This document shows positions 16,898-23,444 of a DNA stretch of 37,126 nucleotides, in pieces. Every line of letters starts with the position of its first letter. Within the stretch, counting starts at the first letter, position 1. The stretch spans positions 1 to 37,126 of the forward strand of contig JANLTL010000348.1 of assembly GCA_031362905.1 (NCBI GenBank). Reading direction: 5' to 3'. Both the position numbers and the translations under genes were made by a program. Below the pieces are notes generated by a model. That model searched no databases, was not told the DNA's origin, and saw nothing but the letters and a program-made list of their open reading frames with translations. Source of the DNA: Burkholderiales bacterium (lineage in GTDB: Bacteria > Pseudomonadota > Gammaproteobacteria > Burkholderiales > JAEUOS01).

Positions 16898-18260
16898 AGA
16901 AAAATCCGCCATGCGCCGCGCCGGGTAAAAGCTGGCCATCATGCCATTGCAGTGCATGCAGCGCGAGTGAGGGGTGGTTGATGGGGAGGGTGCGCTGCTG
17001 CGCGTCCGGATGAGCGCCGAGCCAAGCCTCGAATTGCCGGGCATTTTCAGTGGGGAACAGCGAGCAGGTCGCATACAGCAATGTACCACCGGGCCTGACC
17101 GTACGCCACAATGCATCGAGCAGGCGGCGCTAGATGCGCGCCAACTGTGCGATGTCACTCGGGCGCTTGAGCCATTTTCCGTCGGGGTGTCGACTCACTA
17201 CGCCCGAGGCTGTGCAGGGCGCGTCGAGCAGGACGAAATCGAACGGTACGCCATCCCACCAGGCGTCGAGTCCGGACGCATCGGCAGTCAGACAGCGTGC
17301 GTCAAGGCCAAGACGTTTTAGAGTGCGCCGGACCGTGTCGAGGCGCCCGGCGTCGACGTCGAGCGCGGTCAGCTCGCAATCAAACAGTTCGAGCAGATGC
17401 GCGGATTTGCCGCCGGGCGCAGCACAGGCATCAAGAATGCGTGGTGGTTTGCCCGCTGTTGCCTGCTCTCGAATTGCATTATCCACAGAAGGCAGCGATG
17501 CAGCAGCCAGATGCCCGGCCCACTGCGCACCCAGATCCTGCACCGATACCAGGCCTGCGGCAAAGCCCGGCAGACGCGCCACCGGTATTGCACGCTCCAG
17601 CGTCAGCGCGGCAGGCCCGCTGCGGTGTGCCGCGATCTGTGCAGCATCGAGCGTGGCAGCATACGCTTCGACGCTGCTGCGCCGCAGGTTGACGCGCAGC
17701 GTCATTGCGGGCGGGTGATTGCCCGCTTCGAGCACCGGTTGCCATTGCGAGGGCCATGCATCGCGCACGCGCTCGATCCACCAGTGCGGATAGGCGAGCC
17801 GAAGCGATTCATCGACCAGCATCGCTGAAAGCAAGGCCTCGCGCTCCCGCAAGAAACGGCGCAGCACGCCGTTGACGAGGCCCTTGAAGGCACCTTGCGC
17901 AATACCCTCGGCGCAGACCACTGCCTGATCGGTGATGGTGTGGGCGCGTTCGCCGCCGTGGTCGATCAATTCGCTCAAAGCGGCGCGAATCAGATGATCG
18001 ACCTCGGCATTGGGCTTGGCTATCAGCCGCTTGGCAATCGCGTCGAGCAAATTGAGGCGGCGGCAGGCGCTGTAGGCAATGTCTTGTGCAGCGGCACGCT
18101 CGGCTGGATTGAGGGCACCTGCGACGTCGTCCAGCGCGCGGTCAAGGGCGCCGCCGCGCGCGACGCGCGCGAGTGCTGCGCTGGCCGCGCCGAGGGCCTC
18201 GGCGAGATTGCCCGATAGACGCGTTGCGGGCGCGGCGGGAAGCGCGGGATCAAGTGTCAT
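16875..18260 (-). pseudogene. rsmB: 16S rRNA (cytosine967-C5)-methyltransferase RsmB interrupted by one in-frame TAG (codon at 17130-17132)
   Basis: ORFs 17130..18260 and 16875..17111 are in the same frame. The first carries the NusB-like N-domain, DACAAPGGK and DAPCTASG. The second carries [11 protein letters not shown] and FFYA. Read-through gives [31 protein letters not shown], with the stop at the position of a Gln in E. coli RsmB (LAQLQSEILDAIW). Confidence 0.8.
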
Positions 18261-18269
18261 GCCACACCG

Positions 18270-19256
18270 CTAGTCGAATCGGTCACCGGCGCGCAACGGG
18301 AACCCTTGCAGGAACTCGCGCGCAGGCAGACGCTTGCCGCCGGGCTTTTGCAAATGGGTGGCGCGCAATGCGCCGCTACCGCAGGCGATCACGACGCCCG
18401 CATCTCCTGCTTCGAGAATCGTCCCGGCAGCAGCCGGTCCTGCTACCGCCCCTGGCGGGCGCGCGTTTCCAGTCAATACAGCCGAAACAGCTGGTGCAAG
18501 CGCTTCTCCGGCCCATAGCTTGACGATTGTGTCGCCGCATCGCGCGCTGCAACCAGGAAACGGGTCGAATGCGCGCAGCTTGCGCGCGAGTTCAATCGCG
18601 TCCTGGTTGAAATCGAGTGCCGCTTCCTCGCGGGTGATCTTGGCGGCATAGGTGACGCCTTCCCCTGCTTGCGCAATTGCACTCAGCGTCTCTCCGCGCC
18701 GCAATGCTTCGACGATGGCGCGTGCACCGGCGTGCATCAGCTTGTCGTGCAGGGTGGCCGCTGTGTCCGCGTCGTGTATGGCGACGATCTCACGCAGCAA
18801 CACCGGCCCCGTATCCAGGCCTTCCTCCATGCGCATGATGCACACGCCGGTGGCAGTGTCTCCCGCTTCAATGGCACGCTGGACGGGCGCTGCGCCGCGC
18901 CAGCGTGGCAGCAGCGAAGCGTGAATATTAAGGCAACCCTGCGGCGGAATGTCGAGCACCGTGCGCGGCAAAATCAAACCGTAGGCAGCAACCACCATCA
19001 CGTCGTGGCGGGTGGCGCGCAAGCGCTCAACGGCGGTCGCATCGCGCTTGAGCGAGACGGGCTGAAATAGGTCAATCCCGTGGGCCAGGGCCGCCTGTTT
19101 GACCGCGCTGGGGGCGAGCTTCATGCCGCGCCCCGCAGGGCGATCGGGCTGGGTCAGCACCAGCGGCACGTGGAACCCGGCAGCCAGCAAGGCTTCCAGC
19201 GCTACCGCAGCGAACGGTGGCGTGCCGGCGAAGACAACGGTGGGCGTGGCGGGCAT
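18270..19256 (-). CDS. fmt: methionyl-tRNA formyltransferase
   Basis: 328-aa ORF with [10 protein letters not shown] at the N-terminus, [20 protein letters not shown], and a C-terminal beta-barrel domain. It sits between def and rsmB. Confidence 0.95.
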   Translation of the reverse strand: MPATPTVVFAGTPPFAAVALEALLAAGFHVPLVLTQPDRPAGRGMKLAPSAVKQAALAHGIDLFQPVSLKRDATAVERLRATRHDVMVVAAYGLILPRTVLDIPPQGCLNIHASLLPRWRGAAPVQRAIEAGDTATGVCIMRMEEGLDTGPVLLREIVAIHDADTAATLHDKLMHAGARAIVEALRRGETLSAIAQAGEGVTYAAKITREEAALDFNQDAIELARKLRAFDPFPGCSARCGDTIVKLWAGEALAPAVSAVLTGNARPPGAVAGPAAAGTILEAGDAGVVIACGSGALRATHLQKPGGKRLPAREFLQGFPLRAGDRFD

Positions 19257-19438
19257 AGGAGCAGGAGACGCGCGGTGCAGCAGGTCGTGACACTGGGTAA
19301 ATCAGGTGGGCGCGCACGTGAGGCCAAAACGCGCGCAAAGCGGAACCGCCCGCCGCAGTGCGTGGTGACCGTTCGAACCGGGGACTTGCCGCGATCCCTG
19401 TCCGCTCGGAGCGGCTTGGCGCGCTCGCCTCGGGCCGT

Positions 19439-19945
19439 TCACGCGGCCTTCTTCTTGGCTTCTTTCTCCATCTTGGCGCGAATCCGCGCCTGCTTGAGGC
19501 GCGACAGATACTCGACAAACACCTTGCCCTTCAGATGATCCATTTCATGCTGCACACACACAGCGAGCAGGCCGGTGGCCGACCGACGCTGAATCGCGCC
19601 GGTGACATCCTGATACTCGAATTCGATGTGCTCGGCGCGCTCGACCTCTTCATACACGCCCGGTACCGACAGGCATCCTTCCTCGTGAACATGACGGCCA
19701 TTTTCTCTGACGATACGCGGGTTCACGAGCACCAGCAAATCGTCATGCGCATCCGAGGTGTCGAGCGTGATGACGCGCTTATGCACGTTGACTTGGGTCG
19801 CGGCAAGGCCAACGCCCGGGGCCGCGTACATGGTCGCGGCCATGTCACTGACAAGTTTCCTGAGCGCGCCGTCAAATTCGGTGACGGGCGCAGCAACTTT
19901 GTGCAAACGCGTGTCAGGAAAGGTCAAAATCGTTAGAAGGGCCAT
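19439..19945 (-). CDS. def: peptide deformylase
   Basis: 168-aa ORF with the three PDF motifs: [16 protein letters not shown] and QHEMDHL. Confidence 0.95.
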   Translation of the reverse strand: MALLTILTFPDTRLHKVAAPVTEFDGALRKLVSDMAATMYAAPGVGLAATQVNVHKRVITLDTSDAHDDLLVLVNPRIVRENGRHVHEEGCLSVPGVYEEVERAEHIEFEYQDVTGAIQRRSATGLLAVCVQHEMDHLKGKVFVEYLSRLKQARIRAKMEKEAKKKAA

Positions 19946-20149
19946 GAATCGGGGTGTTGCAATTGTGCAAACAGGAGCGAAAAGCTTAAGGGTGTGGAGG
20001 GAAAAAACGCTTGCTAATCAATGCCATTGAGTGCTACATTTAATCTGACTTTGTAAAAAGATCCAGACCAGCCGAAGGTTGTCGTGTTGCGGAGCGGGTG
20101 GCAAGCGGGCTGGTGATGACGCATGGCTTTCCGCGAATGGTCGGGTTGG

Positions 20150-20186
20150 CCACCAAAATGCTGCATTTTTGGCGGCATTTTGGTGG
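20150..20186. repeat. perfect 12-bp inverted repeat (CCACCAAAATGC / GCATTTTGGTGG) with 13-nt spacer
   Basis: Read directly in the 410-nt def/lysM divergent region. The spacer contains a third related copy, GCATTTTTGGCGGC (20163-20176). Confidence 0.6.
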
Positions 20187-20356
20187 ATTGTGCCCGACAG
20201 TAGCCCGAGCTTTTGGACGTGCGCCGCAAATGGTTGGGCCAGGCAGGTATCGGCAACATGCTACAGTTTAACGGTAATCAGCAGCACAATGCACAGTTTC
20301 GCGCTGGAATCCGCTTCGGATTTCGCCCAGAACGCGCTGCAACAAGGAGAGGGTTT

Positions 20357-21394
20357 ATGCGCAAGGAATTGCTAACAGTATTGCTGGCCGGATTGCTGGC
20401 AGCACCGGTCACGACGGCTTGGGCACAGTCCGGCGCGCCCAAATTGTCCGCTACCGCACCGGACCGCTATGTAGTGGTGCCCGGCGATACCTTGTGGGGT
20501 ATTTCCGGTCGCTTCCTGCAAGATCCCTATCGCTGGCCGGATGTGTGGGAGCCGAACAAGGCCGACATCAAGAATCCAAACCGCATTTACCCCGGCAACG
20601 TGCTGGTGCTCGACCGTTCGGGCACCACGCCGCGCCTGCGTTTGGCAACCGTCAAGGTTGAACCCCGTATTCGCAGCGGCAAAGAGTCTGAGGCGGTTCC
20701 GGCGATTCCGCCAAGCGCGATCGAACCCTTCCTGTCTGCGCCCTTGGTGGTGGACGAAGGCGGGATGGCCAAAGCCCCCAAAATTGTCGCCACCCAGCAA
20801 GGGCGCGTCTATCTGGGTACCAACGACTTGGCCTATGTGTCAGGCGATGTGCCGGACAGCGTGCCATCGTGGCAAGTGTACCGGCCTGGCAAGGCCTTCA
20901 TTGATCCCGAGACCAAAGAAAATCTGGGCTATGAGGCGACCTTTCTTGGCACGGCCAAGCTTGAGCGCAAGACCTCGCCGATGACCTTTCGCATCATCGA
21001 CTCGAAGCAGGAAATTGGCTCCGGTGACCGTTTGATCCCAACCGCTGCGCCACTGCTGGTGGACTATCAGCCGCGTTCACCGCGGAGCGACATCCGCGCG
21101 CGCGTGCTTTCGACCTACGGCGGCGTCAACGAGGCTGGCAGCAAGCAGATCATTACGATCTCCAAGGGCAAGCGTGATGGCGTCGAATTGGGGCACGTGC
21201 TCGCCCTCTATACCGATGGCGAAACGGTACGGGATCGCTCTGATGCCCTGCAGCGCAGCGGTGATTTGGTCAAGCTTCCGGATGAGCGCAACGGCCTGCT
21301 GTTTGTGTTCCGTGTGTTCGATAAAGTCTCATACGCTCTGGTGATGAGCGCAACAGTACCGATCAAGGCCGGAGACGTGGCACGCAAGCCCTGA
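20357..21394 (+). CDS. LysM peptidoglycan-binding domain protein (secreted)
   Basis: ATG 20357 is preceded by AAGGAGAG. It has a signal peptide MRKELLTVLLAGLLAAPVTTAWAQ and a LysM motif YVVVPGDTLWGISGRFLQDPYRWPDVW...IYPGNVLVL. Confidence 0.88.
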   Translation: MRKELLTVLLAGLLAAPVTTAWAQSGAPKLSATAPDRYVVVPGDTLWGISGRFLQDPYRWPDVWEPNKADIKNPNRIYPGNVLVLDRSGTTPRLRLATVKVEPRIRSGKESEAVPAIPPSAIEPFLSAPLVVDEGGMAKAPKIVATQQGRVYLGTNDLAYVSGDVPDSVPSWQVYRPGKAFIDPETKENLGYEATFLGTAKLERKTSPMTFRIIDSKQEIGSGDRLIPTAAPLLVDYQPRSPRSDIRARVLSTYGGVNEAGSKQIITISKGKRDGVELGHVLALYTDGETVRDRSDALQRSGDLVKLPDERNGLLFVFRVFDKVSYALVMSATVPIKAGDVARKP

Positions 21395-21412
21395 TCCGCC
21401 TCCGTTAGAATG

Positions 21413-21447
21413 AAAAGGGCGCGAGTGTTCGCGCCCTTTTCATTTTT
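21413..21447 (+). terminator. rho-independent terminator after the lysM-domain gene
   Basis: AAAAGGGCGCGA-GTGT-TCGCGCCCTTTT forms a 12-bp stem followed by CATTTTTG. The A-run/T-run symmetry allows bidirectional function. Confidence 0.8.
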
Positions 21448-21471
21448 GCCGCACATTTTTGCCACGCCCAC

Positions 21472-22611
21472 ATGACCTCTGCCGATCCTGACCTCGCCGC
21501 TTGGCTGCGTCTGTGCCTGATTCCCGGCATTGGCGATGCGACGATTCGCAGGTTGCTGGGCGCGTGTGGTCTACCCGAGCAGGTGTTTGCGGCGCCACAC
21601 GCCACCTTGGCGCAAGCAGCGGGCGAAGGCTATGCCTTGCGGGTGCGCAATGCGTCCAGCGACGACGGCATCGACGCTGCGGTGGCTAACGCACTGCGTT
21701 GGCAGGAAACACCAGAAAACCATATTGTCACGCTCGCTGATGCAGACTACCCGCGCGCCTTGCTCGATGCGCCTGACCCGCCGCCCCTGCTGTATCTCAA
21801 GGGCCAACGCGCGCTTCTGGCGCGCCGTGCGATTGCCATTGTCGGCAGTCGCAATGCCACGGCGCAGGGCATCGCCAACGCCGAAAGTTTTGCTGCCGCA
21901 CTCAGCCGTGCCGGCCTGTGTATCGTCAGTGGGCAGGCCTTGGGTATCGATACTGCCGCGCACTTGGGCGGCCTCGCCGGTGCGGGATCGACGATTGCCG
22001 TGATCGGCACCGGTGCCGACATCGTGTATCCGGCACGCAATCGCGACCTGGCTCATCGAATTGCGGCTTCAGGTCTCATCGTCAGCGAATTCCCGCTGGG
22101 CACACCGGCCAATGCAGCGAACTTTCCGCGCCGCAACCGCATCATCAGCGGATTGTCGCAGGGCGTGGTTGTGATTGAGGCAGCGCTAAGAAGCGGTTCG
22201 CTGATTACCGCGCGCCTGGCCGGTGAGCAAGGGCGGGATGTGTTTGCCCTGCCCGGTTCGATTCATTCGCCGCTGGCCAAGGGCTGCCATCAGTTGATCA
22301 AGCAGGGCGCCAAGCTGGTCGATTCGGTGGAAGACATACTCGATGAGTTGGGTATGCGTGATGCCGCCGCTGTCACCGGCGGCGCCACCGCAACTGACGT
22401 AGTGGATGCGGCGCGCGCCATGGCCGGCGCTGCCGGGACGCCCCACGCGGCACTGCTCGATGCGCTCGGTCATGAGCCCGTCGCAGTCCACGCACTCGGC
22501 GCACGTACCGGCCTCGATGCCGGCTTACTGTCCGCGCAACTGCTTGAGCTCGAACTGGGCGGCCACATCACGCAACTCCCCGGCGGCCTGGTGCAGCGGA
22601 TCACGAGGTAG
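21472..22611 (+). CDS. dprA: DNA-processing protein DprA (Smf)
   Basis: 379-aa ORF with IAIVGSRNAT..G, GLCIVSGQALGIDTAAH, VIGTGADIVYPARN, SEFPLGTPANAANFPRRNRIISGLS, VVVIEAALRSGSLITARLA.EQGRDVFALPGS and a C-terminal winged-helix-like part. Confidence 0.93.
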   Translation: MTSADPDLAAWLRLCLIPGIGDATIRRLLGACGLPEQVFAAPHATLAQAAGEGYALRVRNASSDDGIDAAVANALRWQETPENHIVTLADADYPRALLDAPDPPPLLYLKGQRALLARRAIAIVGSRNATAQGIANAESFAAALSRAGLCIVSGQALGIDTAAHLGGLAGAGSTIAVIGTGADIVYPARNRDLAHRIAASGLIVSEFPLGTPANAANFPRRNRIISGLSQGVVVIEAALRSGSLITARLAGEQGRDVFALPGSIHSPLAKGCHQLIKQGAKLVDSVEDILDELGMRDAAAVTGGATATDVVDAARAMAGAAGTPHAALLDALGHEPVAVHALGARTGLDAGLLSAQLLELELGGHITQLPGGLVQRITR

Positions 22612-22619
22612 CTCCACGC

Positions 22620-23078
22620 GTGTTCGAAGTCCTGATTCACCTCTATCAAACCTGGTTCGATTGCGAGTCCTGTCCCGATCCGGACACACTCGCTCTCAAG
22701 TTGCGTGCCACAGGCTTCGATGAAGAGGACATTGATGACGCACTTGGATGGTTGATGGGGCTGGCCGACGACGACGGCGCACGCCTGCCCGATTCATTTG
22801 GCGAGCGTAGCTCTTTCCACGCCTACACCGCCGCCGAGACGCGCGCCCTCTCTTCCGAATGCCGCGGCTACCTCGCGTTTCTGGAAGAGCGTGGCATCAT
22901 CGATGCGATCGAGCGCGAGATCATCATTGAGCGTGCGCAGGCGTTGCCGCACGGGCCCCCCGACGTCGATCAACTGCGCGTGATCGTCCTCATTGTTCTG
23001 TGGGCAGAAGGCACTGAACTGGACACGCTCGCACTCGAAGAATTGCTCCCCGACGACGACGCGCGTGCGTGGCAATAA
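22620..23078 (+). CDS. smg: Smg protein (DUF494)
   Basis: 152-aa ORF from a GTG at 22620. MFEVLIHLYQ...PD...L...L...GF.EEDIDDALGWL is typical of Smg. It holds the conserved position after dprA. Confidence 0.88.
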   Translation: MFEVLIHLYQTWFDCESCPDPDTLALKLRATGFDEEDIDDALGWLMGLADDDGARLPDSFGERSSFHAYTAAETRALSSECRGYLAFLEERGIIDAIEREIIIERAQALPHGPPDVDQLRVIVLIVLWAEGTELDTLALEELLPDDDARAWQ

Positions 23079-23212
23079 GCCGTACCGCGTGCGCAGCTCG
23101 CCTGCCGCCTGTGTTGCGAGAAGTGTCCCGCAACAGTGCGCTACTTGCTGCCATGTCGCGCGCAGCGCAGCGCCCTGGCGCTTGAAGCGCTGGCAACACA
23201 ATTTCACAACAT

Positions 23213-23257
23213 CCCCGAAACCCTTGTGCCCCAACAGTTTCGGGGGCATGCACAAGG
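23213..23257 (+). other. two interleaved perfect complementarities in the topB leader (pseudoknot-like or mutually exclusive hairpins)
   Basis: S1 is 23213-23221 CCCCGAAAC pairing with 23237-23245 GTTTCGGGG (9 bp). S2 is 23222-23229 CCTTGTGC pairing with 23250-23257 GCACAAGG (8 bp). The arm order is S1a-S2a-S1b-S2b. All of this is read directly. RNA function is not established. Confidence 0.4.
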
Positions 23258-23444
23258 TTACATTCGAATGTGGACTCCAAACTATCGCTTGCGTTTTCCA
23301 AGCCGCACACTATAGACTCTCGCCCCTTGCCGGGGTCTCACCTGAATTTGACGGGGGATTGACCCTCGTCTGACACCCCGGCTGTTCATTTCATCGAACC
23401 TCGAAACGCAATTCATTGGTAGCCGTAACCAGGCAAAAATAGAC

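Noticed and set aside
16875-17111. 78-aa ORF as an independent small gene.
   Set aside because: It is in frame with, and collinear to, the C-terminal part of RsmB ([11 protein letters not shown]...FFYA). Its 'start' is a TTG 18 nt after the in-frame TAG. I treat it as the distal fragment of rsmB.
19365-19385. GGTTCGAAC, a tRNA T-loop-like string on the minus strand, followed by CACCA in the def-fmt spacer.
   Set aside because: The flanks give only a 3-bp T-stem. There is no acceptor, D or anticodon arm, and the distance to the CCA is far too short for a tRNA.
23248-23373. 41-codon ORF (MHKVTFECGLQ...) in the topB leader.
   Set aside because: It has no proper SD spacing and no recognisable peptide features. 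It is the tail of a track ORF that overlaps smg out of frame. I note it only as context for the leader structure.
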